Assembly: GCA_964484655.1 (NCBI GenBank)
Contig: CAZAFA010000004.1
Span: forward strand, 1 to 60,852
From: an uncultured Candidatus Saccharibacteria bacterium
GTDB lineage: Bacteria > Patescibacteriota > Minisyncoccia > UBA6257 > 2-01-FULL-56-20
Direction: 5' to 3'
Length of the DNA stretch: 60,852 nucleotides
How positions within the stretch are numbered: position 1 is the first letter of the stretch; the number at the start of each line of letters is the position of its first letter. A program made the translations under genes and the position numbers. This document shows positions 19,955-28,275 of this stretch, piece by piece. Under the pieces are notes generated by a model, which was not told the origin of the DNA, made no database searches, and was given only the letters and a program-made list of their open reading frames with translations.

Positions 19955-20778
19955 CATATCCGGAACACCTCTTGCGCGTTCTTCCGCACCGTCTCCCGCA
20001 CCTCCTCGAGCGGGACGCCCTTGAGCTCCGCGACCTTCCGGGCGACCTCCGTCACGTACGCGGGCTCGCTGCGCCGGCCGCGGTACGGCGTGGGCGCCAC
20101 GTAGGGCGCGTCCGTCTCCGTGATGATCCGTTCCAGTGGCACGTAGCGGACGAGGTTCTCGTACATCTTCGCGAAGGTGATGACGCCGCCGAACTGGAGA
20201 AAGAAGCCGAGGTCGAGCAGCCGGCGCGCATCCTCCTGCGTGCCGGTGAAGAAGTGCACCGTGCCCGGCCGCTCCGGGAGCGTCGCGCGGCGCACCTCGA
20301 GCAGCGCGACGAGGTCGGCGAATGCGTTCCGGCAGTGGATCGTGACCGGCTTCCCGACCTCCTGCGCGAGGTCGAGCTGCTGCGTTAGGGCCTCCTGTTG
20401 GATGCGCGCGGTCTCGGGATCGAGGCGGTAGTAGTCCAGGCCGCACTCGCCGATCGCGACGACCTTCGGATGCGCGGCGAGCTTGCGGTACGCGTCCGCG
20501 TCGAACGCCTCGGGCTCGCGCGCATGCGCCGCATCTCCCATCTCGCCCGCGTCGACGTACTCCTTGGCTGTCGTGTGCGTCGGGTGCAGGCCCACGGCCG
20601 CCCATACGCCGTCCGCGAACCGCTCGGCGAGCGCTATCGCGCCCGCGCTCGTCCCCCGCTCCGTGCCGACGAGGATCATCTCGACGTCCGCGTCGAGCGC
20701 GCGCTGCACGACGTCCGCGGCCTCGTCGCCGTACGCGGGGAAATGCGCGTGCGCGTGCGCGTCGAAGTACTTGGCCAT
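19954..20778 (-). CDS. tatD: TatD-family metal-dependent DNase
   Basis: DAHAH, AIGECGLDY, IHCR, VHFF, ETDAPY; TACCGT 6 nt before the ATG. Confidence 0.92.
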   Translation of the reverse strand: MAKYFDAHAHAHFPAYGDEAADVVQRALDADVEMILVGTERGTSAGAIALAERFADGVWAAVGLHPTHTTAKEYVDAGEMGDAAHAREPEAFDADAYRKLAAHPKVVAIGECGLDYYRLDPETARIQQEALTQQLDLAQEVGKPVTIHCRNAFADLVALLEVRRATLPERPGTVHFFTGTQEDARRLLDLGFFLQFGGVITFAKMYENLVRYVPLERIITETDAPYVAPTPYRGRRSEPAYVTEVARKVAELKGVPLEEVRETVRKNAQEVFRI

Positions 20779-20806
20779 GCGCACACGGTATCCGAGCGCG
20801 CGCGTT

Positions 20807-20840
20807 AAAAAAAGCCCGGAAGGTCGACGGACCCTCCGGG
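20807..20840 (-). terminator. Intrinsic terminator
   Basis: Minus strand CCCGGAGGGT-CCGTCG-ACCTTCCGGG-C-T7; 10-bp stem with one G.U pair. Confidence 0.75.
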
Positions 20841-20910
20841 ATCGGCTCGAGGCCTAACGGCGGAGCTGATGAGCTCCGCATCCATGCTGGGCCCTTCCGC
20901 GTCTCGCGTC

Positions 20911-20933
20911 AAAAAGCGGCCCCCGAAGGGGCC
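20911..20933 (-). terminator. Intrinsic terminator
   Basis: Minus strand GGCCCC-TTCG-GGGGCC-GC-TTTTT. Confidence 0.75.
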
Positions 20934-21028
20934 ATAAAATCCAAAAGGCAGAAGAGAGGGACTCGGCAGGACAGGCAGCGCTTACCGGGAAGCATGGGAG
21001 CGCCGTGTCGCGCGTCCTGGCGGGAGCA
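20911..21028 (-). ncRNA. Candidate sRNA 1 (unassigned)
   Basis: TATACT at 21040-21035, no start codon at the leaderless position, nested stems, ends in the 20911 terminator. Confidence 0.4.
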
Positions 21029-21043
21029 AGCTCCAGTATACCG

Positions 21044-22492
21044 CTAGCGCTCGATACGCGGGAAGAGCGGCGCCGGGAGCGTCTCGCCCGCGGCGACCGC
21101 GCCGAGGATAGCCGCGCTCGTGTTCGGCATGAAGGGCGCGAGCAGCGCGCCGACCGCCCACAGCCTGCCGAGCACATCCTCGAGGTCGCGGCGCGCCTTC
21201 TCGGGGTCGGTGGCGATCGTCTTGTACGGCTCGTTCTCCTGGATGAACTTGTCCCCCGCGCGTACCTCGTCCCAGACGCGCGCCATCGCGTCGTTGAAGG
21301 AGTACGCGTCGAGCAGCGCGGCGACCTCCTGCGCGCGCGAGTCGTCGCGCCAGAACGTCTCCGCGTCCGGCCGCGCACCGAGGCGGACGCCCGCCTTCGC
21401 TGCCATGGCGAGAGTGCGCGCCACGAAGTTGCCGAGGCCCTTGGCGAGATGCCCCGCGTACGCGTGCTCGAAGCGCTCCCAGGAGAACTCGCTGTCCTCG
21501 GTCGGGTGGATCTCCGCGAGCAGGAACCAGCGGACGGAGTCCGTGCCATACCGCGACACCGCCTCGTAGGGGTCGATGACGTTCCCCAGGCTCTTGCTCA
21601 TCTTCTGGCCGCCCGCGCCCGTGATGAATCCGTGTATGAATATCTGCCTGCTGTTCGGCAGACCCGCGGAGAGCAGCATCGCCTGCCACATCGCCGCCTG
21701 GAAGCGCACCTGGTCCTTCCCGGCGACCTGCACGCCCGGCCAGAAACGCCCGTACTCGGGCCCGTCCGGCCAGCCAAGCGTCGAGATGTAGTTCACGAGC
21801 GCGTCGAACCAGACGTACATGACGTGGTCCGGGTCGTTCGGCACCGGGACGCCCCACGGCATCTTGTCCGCGCGCCGGCTGATGCTGAAATCGTTCAGGC
21901 CCGAGGCGACGAAAGAGCGGATCTCCGCGAGGCGGTGCGCCGGCACCACGAAGCCGGGCGTGCCGTCGTAGAGCGCGAGCAGTCGATCCTGGTACCGCGA
22001 GAAGCGGAAGAAGTAGTTCTCCTCCTCGATCTCCTCGATGGGCGTCGTCGGATGCAGCGGACAGAAGCCGTCCACGAGCTCGGAGTCGGTCTTCTCGAGC
22101 TCGCATCCCACGCAGTACCGCATGCGATACGCCTTCTTGTATATATCCCCTGCGGCTGCGCACCTATCCCAGAACGCCTGCGCCGCCCGGACGTGATGAT
22201 CGTCCGTGGTCCGAATGAACCGGTCCCAGTCGACGTCGAGCGCCTGCCGGAGCGCTTGGAACTTCGCCGCGTACTCGTCCACGTAGGCCTGTGGCGTGAC
22301 GCCGGCCTTCTCCGCGGCACGGAGGATCTTCACGCCGTGTTCGTCCGAGCCCATGTTGAAGAGCGTCTCATGGCCGCGCAGCCGCTTCGCGCGCACGAGC
22401 GCGTCGGCCTGGACCAGCTCGAGCGCGAACCCGATGTGCGGCGCTGCGTTGACGTACGGGATCGTGGTCGTGAGGTAGTACGGCTCCCTCAT
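21044..22492 (-). CDS. metG: Methionyl-tRNA synthetase (short form)
   Basis: YLTTTIPYVNAAPHIG, GSDEHG, YVWFDALVNY, KMSKS; no C-terminal tRNA-binding appendage. Confidence 0.97.
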   Translation of the reverse strand: MREPYYLTTTIPYVNAAPHIGFALELVQADALVRAKRLRGHETLFNMGSDEHGVKILRAAEKAGVTPQAYVDEYAAKFQALRQALDVDWDRFIRTTDDHHVRAAQAFWDRCAAAGDIYKKAYRMRYCVGCELEKTDSELVDGFCPLHPTTPIEEIEEENYFFRFSRYQDRLLALYDGTPGFVVPAHRLAEIRSFVASGLNDFSISRRADKMPWGVPVPNDPDHVMYVWFDALVNYISTLGWPDGPEYGRFWPGVQVAGKDQVRFQAAMWQAMLLSAGLPNSRQIFIHGFITGAGGQKMSKSLGNVIDPYEAVSRYGTDSVRWFLLAEIHPTEDSEFSWERFEHAYAGHLAKGLGNFVARTLAMAAKAGVRLGARPDAETFWRDDSRAQEVAALLDAYSFNDAMARVWDEVRAGDKFIQENEPYKTIATDPEKARRDLEDVLGRLWAVGALLAPFMPNTSAAILGAVAAGETLPAPLFPRIER

Positions 22493-23514
22493 ACCCGGGG
22501 AAGCGGAATCTCTGCCGCGGCTACCGCCTCCTGCCGGCGGCGCGCGATCTCCTCAAGGATTTCCTGCACGACGGCCGCGGCCGGGACGGCCGCCAAGGTC
22601 CCCATGACGCCGCCGAGCTGGTAGCCGAGCAGGAGCGACGTGATGACGACGACCGGATGCAATCCGACCGCTTGACGCGTCAGGAGCGGCACGAGCACGT
22701 TCGCCTCGATCTGGTGGATGGAGAAGAAGATCAACAGCGTCCAGAGCGCGGAGAGCGGCGCCGTCACCAGCGTGATGCCGACAGCCACGACGCCCGCGAC
22801 GATCGGGCCCAGCAGCGGCACGAGCTCGCAGAGGCCGGCAATCAGGCCGAGGATCGCCGCCTGCTCAACTCCAACCAGCCAGAGTGCGAACCAGGTCAGG
22901 GTGCCGACGATGATGCCGAGCAGCACCTGCGCGCGGAACCAGTTCCCGATCTTGCGCCGCGAGCGGCGGTACACGCGGAGCACGGGCTCCTCCATGGAAC
23001 CCGGGAGCGCCATGCGGATAAACTGCTCGATGCCCGCGCGCGAGAGCGACAGGTAGAAGGCGCTCACGAGAACGGTCACGAGGATGATGAGCGGCTCGAG
23101 GCCGCGCGATGCTGCCGCGACGCCGGCGCCCCCGCCGGAGAGCACGCGATCGGAGAGGCGCGAGAGCGTGGCGGACAGGTTCGCCGAGTTCGCGAGAGGC
23201 GCGAGCCACTCGGTCGCAAGCTCCCGGTCGAACCGCGCGACGACCTTGACCAGGTCGCCGAGGATCTGCGGGATGACAGTGTACGCCACCGCGACGGTAG
23301 CGAGGAGCAGGAACAGGAAGACCGCCACGACGCCCAGGGTGCGCGAGATGCCGCGCCGCTCGAGCCAGTCCACGATGAAGTCCAGGGCCGACGAGACCAC
23401 GATGGCCAGGAACAGGCCAAGGAAGATCTTCCACGCCACGAAGGCGAGCACGACGGCGAGCGTCACCGCCACGAGCCGCCAGAGGGAGGCCCAGGTGATA
23501 TCGAGCGTGAGCAT
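22489..23514 (-). CDS. AI-2E (PerM/YhhT) family transporter
   Basis: 341 aa multi-TM protein; GLCELVPLLGP, IHQIEANVLVP, GLHPVVVI motifs. Confidence 0.85.
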   Translation of the reverse strand: MLTLDITWASLWRLVAVTLAVVLAFVAWKIFLGLFLAIVVSSALDFIVDWLERRGISRTLGVVAVFLFLLLATVAVAYTVIPQILGDLVKVVARFDRELATEWLAPLANSANLSATLSRLSDRVLSGGGAGVAAASRGLEPLIILVTVLVSAFYLSLSRAGIEQFIRMALPGSMEEPVLRVYRRSRRKIGNWFRAQVLLGIIVGTLTWFALWLVGVEQAAILGLIAGLCELVPLLGPIVAGVVAVGITLVTAPLSALWTLLIFFSIHQIEANVLVPLLTRQAVGLHPVVVITSLLLGYQLGGVMGTLAAVPAAAVVQEILEEIARRRQEAVAAAEIPLPRV

Positions 23515-23567
23515 GCCTCATTCTAGCGCAGTCCCGGGCCCGAGAGGAAAAGGGCTATACTCGGCCC

Positions 23568-24161
23568 ATGAGCGACCGCCTGCCCAGCCTCCTGGAACTG
23601 ATGCGCCTGATCGACCGCTTCCAGCAGGTGGAGCGGGCGCTCCCTCGCCGGGGCGAGGACCGGCTCGAGAACGACGTCGAGCACTCCTACCAGCTCGCCA
23701 TGGCGGCCTGGTATCTCAACGCTACCGAGGAACTCGGCATGGACAGCGGACTCCTTCTCGCCTTCGCGCTGGTCCATGACCTCGCCGAGGTCTACGCCGG
23801 CGACACGTACGCCTATACCGCGGATGCCGACGAGCGCGCGACCAAGGAGGCGCGCGAGGCTGCCGCGGTAGCGCGCATCGCCGACGAGTTCCCCGAGTTC
23901 CCGGACCTCGTCGAGACGATCCATACGTACGAGCGCCGCGACACGCGCGAGGCGCGCTTCGTCTACGCTCTCGACAAGCTCCTCCCCATTCTCGGCAACT
24001 ATCTCGACAACGGGCGCATGTGGCGCGCGAAGGGCGTCACGCTCGCGATGCTGAAGGACTACAAGCAGGAGAAGATCGCTGAGTCTCCCGAGGCCTACCG
24101 GCACTACGAGGCCATCATCGCCATCCTCGAGGAGCGGCCCGACCTGTTCCCTTCCGCCTAG
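23568..24161 (+). CDS. HD-domain phosphohydrolase (YfbR/HD_3-like)
   Basis: ENDVEHS, ALVHDLAE...GD, ALDKL. Confidence 0.88.
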   Translation: MSDRLPSLLELMRLIDRFQQVERALPRRGEDRLENDVEHSYQLAMAAWYLNATEELGMDSGLLLAFALVHDLAEVYAGDTYAYTADADERATKEAREAAAVARIADEFPEFPDLVETIHTYERRDTREARFVYALDKLLPILGNYLDNGRMWRAKGVTLAMLKDYKQEKIAESPEAYRHYEAIIAILEERPDLFPSA

Positions 24162-25570
24162 CTATTGAGGACCGCGATATCGTCCTCAAACCTGTCCGCG
24201 CGCGAGATGACTGCCTGGCCGTACGTGTTGACGAAGCGCATGTAGTTGCCGCCGGCGTAGTACTTCGCCGCTGCGTAAAGCTCGGACTGGCGATTACCTG
24301 CTACGGCGCCGGCGTCCTTCATATAAAGAGCGGTCGCCATGAACGCGTCCATGTTGTTCCAGGGCGACGGCGGCCGGTGCCCGGTCAGGGAGGCGATACG
24401 CGGCGCGTACCCCTTCCATGTCGCCGGCATGAACTGCGCGGGTCCCATGGCGCCGCCATACGCGCCGTCGCTGACGATCGCGCAGGAGACCATAACCGAG
24501 TCCGGATCGATGCCGAGCTCTGCCGTGATCGCGAGGAAGATCGGCTGCTGCGTCGGGCTCATCGACGTCTTGTAGTTGCAGCGGCCCACGTTCGCGCCGA
24601 GCGCGGACTCGCGGTCGAGCACGGCGAGGATGAGGGCCGGGCGCACGCCGGTCGCGTCGCCGGCGGCCTTCGCCAGCTTGTACGCATCGCCGAACTGCAT
24701 CTGCCCGCCGCCGAGCAGCGAGAACAGGCGCGCGCGGATCGCGGCCGCCTTGGCCTGCGTATCCTTGAGGAGCTGCTGGTACCGGGCCTCCTGACCTTTC
24801 GTCTGCGTCAGCAGGCTCTTCTTCTCGTCGGCGACCTGCGCCGCGCGCTGGCGCTGGAGCGCCTGGAACTGCGCGGCGGTCATGGCGTCCTGGCGCGCGT
24901 CGGAAAGCGCGATCTTGCTGCTCTCGAGCTGGCCCTTGAGGCTCGTGATGGTGCCGATGGTAGCCTTCACGTTGCTCTGGAGCGCCTGGATGCCGTCGAC
25001 GTCGGTCACGAATTCCGAGAGCCGCCCATTCTTGAGCATGATCTCGAGCAGCGACGAGCGGTCAGTGCGGTACGTCTCGCGGATGAGCTGTGCGAGCACC
25101 TCCTGGTTCCTAGCCAAGGAGTCCTGCGTGACCGTGATCTGCGTCTCCGTGGACCCGATCTTCCTGTCAAGGATGCTCATGCTCACCTGCAGCGCCTTGA
25201 TCTGCGCGTTCAGCGAGGAGATCTGGGCGTTGAGCTTGCCGACCTCGCTGCCGAGGGACTTGCCCTGCGCGCGGTACGACTCGACCTGCTTCTGGTGCTG
25301 CGCGATCTCGCGCTCATACTGCTCGAGCTGCGCCTGCAGCTGCGCGCGCTCGTCGCTCGGGCTCTGCGCGAACGTGTAGCTGGTCGGCGCGTACACCGAC
25401 CCCGCGACGAAGCCGCCGATGCTCGCCAGGGCGACGGCGGTCTTCGCGCCGAACAGCCAGTACGCGGAACGCCGGCGGCGGCGCGGCGCGAGCGAGACGC
25501 TCACCGAAGCGGAACGGAACGTGCTCGCCCCGGGGCGCGCTATGTCGGTGGTAATGCGTGGCTTGGGCAT
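24158..25570 (-). CDS. Membrane-anchored coiled-coil protein with a C-terminal lytic transglycosylase (SLT_2-like) domain
   Basis: TM segment, long heptad stalk, then LDRESALG and GAMGPAQFMPATW. Start placed at 25570 to avoid overlap with rplY. Confidence 0.85.
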   Translation of the reverse strand: MPKPRITTDIARPGASTFRSASVSVSLAPRRRRRSAYWLFGAKTAVALASIGGFVAGSVYAPTSYTFAQSPSDERAQLQAQLEQYEREIAQHQKQVESYRAQGKSLGSEVGKLNAQISSLNAQIKALQVSMSILDRKIGSTETQITVTQDSLARNQEVLAQLIRETYRTDRSSLLEIMLKNGRLSEFVTDVDGIQALQSNVKATIGTITSLKGQLESSKIALSDARQDAMTAAQFQALQRQRAAQVADEKKSLLTQTKGQEARYQQLLKDTQAKAAAIRARLFSLLGGGQMQFGDAYKLAKAAGDATGVRPALILAVLDRESALGANVGRCNYKTSMSPTQQPIFLAITAELGIDPDSVMVSCAIVSDGAYGGAMGPAQFMPATWKGYAPRIASLTGHRPPSPWNNMDAFMATALYMKDAGAVAGNRQSELYAAAKYYAGGNYMRFVNTYGQAVISRADRFEDDIAVLNS

Positions 25571-25604
25571 CCGAAACGTATCAGACGCGTCGCGGCGCTG
25601 CTCC

Positions 25605-26243
25605 TTACGAAGCTTCCGCTGACTCGTCGCCGTCCTCCTTCTCCTCTCCCTCGACCGCAACGTCCTCGACCGTCATATCGGCCTGCGGCTCCTCCTCCGG
25701 GGTAACCTCGGCGATCGAGGCGACGACCGCGTCCTCGGCAGTCAACAGCTCCACGCCGGCGGGAAGCTTGATGTCCTTGGCGTGCACGGAAGCGCCGAGC
25801 TCGGCGAGCCCCTCGAGGCTGACGACCGCCTCGTGTGGGATCTTCTCGGGCAGCCCCTCGACCTCGATCTCGTGCAGGTTCTTCAGGAGGGTCCCGAGGC
25901 CATCCTTCACGGCCGGCGCCTCGCCTTCGAACGAGATCGCGATCGCGGCCTTGATCTTCTCGCCCGCCTTCACCGCGTGGAAATCGACATGGGCGATCTC
26001 GCCGGTATGCGCGTCGACCGTCCAGTCGTGCGCGAGGACGCGGCGCTCCTTGCCCTCGACGCCGAGCATGATGATGCCGGTGTGCCCGACTTCCTTGATC
26101 GCCTTCGTGAGTTCGCGCGCGGAAACGGCGACGTGGAGGTTCTCAATCCCGTGCCCGTACACCTCGCCCGGCACCTGCCCCTCCTTGCGGAGCGCGGCGA
26201 CCTTCTTGCCGAATACGGTGCGAGTCTGTGCAGCGAGCTTCAT
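25605..26243 (-). CDS. rplY: 50S ribosomal protein L25/Ctc
   Basis: LRKEGQVPGEVYGHG, HVDF, LPEKIP, acidic tail; TATACT 6 nt before the ATG. Confidence 0.95.
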   Translation of the reverse strand: MKLAAQTRTVFGKKVAALRKEGQVPGEVYGHGIENLHVAVSARELTKAIKEVGHTGIIMLGVEGKERRVLAHDWTVDAHTGEIAHVDFHAVKAGEKIKAAIAISFEGEAPAVKDGLGTLLKNLHEIEVEGLPEKIPHEAVVSLEGLAELGASVHAKDIKLPAGVELLTAEDAVVASIAEVTPEEEPQADMTVEDVAVEGEEKEDGDESAEAS

Positions 26244-26293
26244 GCGACCAGTATAGCGAGGCACGCAGGGCTTGGCGAGCCTTTTCGCCCAGC

Positions 26294-26315
26294 AAAACCG
26301 GCCCCAAAGGGCCGG
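26294..26315 (-). terminator. Intrinsic terminator
   Basis: Minus strand CCGGCCC-TTTG-GGGCCGG-TTTT. Confidence 0.75.
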
Positions 26316-26401
26316 CGGAATGACTGAAGTGCGGAGAGAACCCGCGTGGAACGATTGGTCAAGCTAGCCCTCTCCGCGCAGCGGAGGTTACATATGCCGC
26401 T
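26294..26401 (-). ncRNA. Candidate sRNA 2 or rplY upstream leader (unassigned)
   Basis: TATACT at 26413-26408, alternative stems, ends in the 26294 terminator. Confidence 0.4.
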
Positions 26402-26415
26402 AGCGGCAGTATACC

Positions 26416-27279
26416 TCAGCGGCGGAGGAAGAGGCGCGCGCGCATAAGCGCCGCCTGATACACCGCCTCCTCGGCGTCCTGAAGGAGCTTGGAGGTGTTC
26501 ACCTCTTCGGGCAGCCGCGTCAGGTTCGCTTCCATTCCTTTCCGCCAAGCCACGCGCAGCTCGGTACTGATGTGCGCGATCGCGATGCCCGCCTGCACAG
26601 CCGCGACGAGATCCTCGTCCTGCGTGCCGGATCCACCGTGGAGCACCAGCGGCCTGCCGGTCGCCTCGGCGATCGCCCGGACGCGCGTGACGTCGAGCCG
26701 CGGGTTCGGCGCGTTCTTGAGCATGCCGTGGATGTTGCCGACCGCGGGCGCGAGCAGGTCCACGCCCGTAGCCTGCACGAACGCGGCGGCCTGCTCCGGG
26801 GACGTCATCGCCTCATCCCCGAGCGCCGCTCCCTCGGGAAGCTGATCGAGGAGATGCGATCCCGATCCGATGTAGCCGAGCTCGCCCTCGACGATGATAT
26901 CCGGGTTCGCCGCGCGCGCGATAGCGACCGCTGCGGCCGTGAGGAGGACGTTATCCTCGTACGGCAGCGCCCCGCCGTCGAAGAGGACCGCGTCGTAACC
27001 GGAACGGGCCGCTTCCTCGATCCGGTCCACGCCGTGCGTATGATCCGCGTTGAGATAGAGCGCGACCCCCTCCTCGCGGTAGGAGCGCACGAGGGCCACC
27101 GCGCGCGCGACGCCGATGTAGTCGCGCTCCCCTTCGCTCGTGCCGACGAGGACGGGCGTATCGAGGTCGCGCGCGACGCGCGCCACGGCGCGGAGCTGCG
27201 CGAGATCCGTGACGTTGAAGTGCGGGACGGCATAGCCGCCCGCCTTCGCTTCGACGAGGGCTTCGCGCAGGGTCTTCAT
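26416..27279 (-). CDS. fba: Class II fructose-bisphosphate aldolase
   Basis: NADHTH, VEGELG, GNIHG, LVLHGGSG. Confidence 0.93.
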   Translation of the reverse strand: MKTLREALVEAKAGGYAVPHFNVTDLAQLRAVARVARDLDTPVLVGTSEGERDYIGVARAVALVRSYREEGVALYLNADHTHGVDRIEEAARSGYDAVLFDGGALPYEDNVLLTAAAVAIARAANPDIIVEGELGYIGSGSHLLDQLPEGAALGDEAMTSPEQAAAFVQATGVDLLAPAVGNIHGMLKNAPNPRLDVTRVRAIAEATGRPLVLHGGSGTQDEDLVAAVQAGIAIAHISTELRVAWRKGMEANLTRLPEEVNTSKLLQDAEEAVYQAALMRARLFLRR

Positions 27280-28271
27280 GCGAGCGGGGTAAGCACGTAG
27301 TTTTCCGGAGCCTTGGCGAGGTACGCCTCAAGCGTAGCACGGTCGAGAAGGCCTTCCTGCGCGCCGATCTTCTGCACGACCATCATCGAGTTGACCGGGC
27401 CCCAGAGCAGCGCCTCCTCAAGCGGCTTGCCGAGCGCGAGCGCCGCGGAGACCGTGGTCGAGAACGCGTCGCCCGCACCCGTTCGCTCGTACGGGGGCGC
27501 GATATCCGGGTACGGCGGCACGAACCAGCGGCCCTCAGCGGAAGCGGCGTACGCCCCGTCCGGGCCGTCCGTGACGACCGCGATCTTCGGACCCAGGGCG
27601 CGCATGCCGTCGAGCAATGCCTTGATGTCGGTCTCGGGGAGGCCGAGTATCAGCGCCGCCTCCTGGCGGTTGCAGAAGAAGAGCTCGCTGTGCGCATAGA
27701 GGCGCGCGAGTGCCTGCGCGCCCATCTGGATCTGGAAGGTGCCTGGCTGGAAGACGAATCGCGTCTCGGGATGCGCGTCGAGCCAGTCCGCGAGGACGCC
27801 GTGGAAGTCCTTTCCGTGCGCTCCTATGGAGGAGAGGTATATCCAGCCTGGCGGCTCCATCGTCTCCGGGATGCGGTACGGATACTCCTGATGCCTGATG
27901 AGGATGGTGCGCTCGTCGTGGTACCAGAGCACGTAGTGGTGGTTCGTCGGCAGCTCGGGATGCACGGATACGAACTCGGTGCCGACGCCATCTTTCCGCA
28001 GCGACGTGATGCACGCCTCCCCGTCCCGGTCTTTGCCGACCGTAACCACGAGGCCGCTGCTGAGCCCCAGGCGCGCGGCGGCGACCGATGCGTTCGCGCT
28101 GTTGCCGACCGCAGGCACGAGCTTCGCGAACGCGAACGGCACCTTCTGCCCGAAGCCCATGGCGAGCTCCTTGTTCTCGTGATCGATGACCACGTGCGCG
28201 GACGGGTCCTCGAGCCTGATGAACTCGTCGACGACGATGTCCCCGATTGCGACGAACTGGCGCGCGCTCAT
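27276..28271 (-). CDS. PfkB/ribokinase-family sugar kinase
   Basis: GNSANASVAAARLG, FFCNRQEA, RTGAGDAF; TACAAT 6 nt before the ATG. Confidence 0.9.
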   Translation of the reverse strand: MSARQFVAIGDIVVDEFIRLEDPSAHVVIDHENKELAMGFGQKVPFAFAKLVPAVGNSANASVAAARLGLSSGLVVTVGKDRDGEACITSLRKDGVGTEFVSVHPELPTNHHYVLWYHDERTILIRHQEYPYRIPETMEPPGWIYLSSIGAHGKDFHGVLADWLDAHPETRFVFQPGTFQIQMGAQALARLYAHSELFFCNRQEAALILGLPETDIKALLDGMRALGPKIAVVTDGPDGAYAASAEGRWFVPPYPDIAPPYERTGAGDAFSTTVSAALALGKPLEEALLWGPVNSMMVVQKIGAQEGLLDRATLEAYLAKAPENYVLTPLA

Positions 28272-28275
28272 GCGG

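Noticed and set aside
20860-20879. CTGATGAG as a hammerhead ribozyme core
   Set aside because: It lies inside a simple hairpin (GCGGAGCT-GATG-AGCTCCGC), and no correctly placed GAAA or stem II/III was found.
20790-21043. SAM-I riboswitch, T-box or SRP RNA near metG
   Set aside because: The region is downstream of metG. Only short fragments (GAGGGACT, CCGGAAGG) match, and the surrounding consensus is missing.
26387-26393. TGTAACC as a second ECF promoter
   Set aside because: The sequence 16 nt downstream is GGCT, not CGT.
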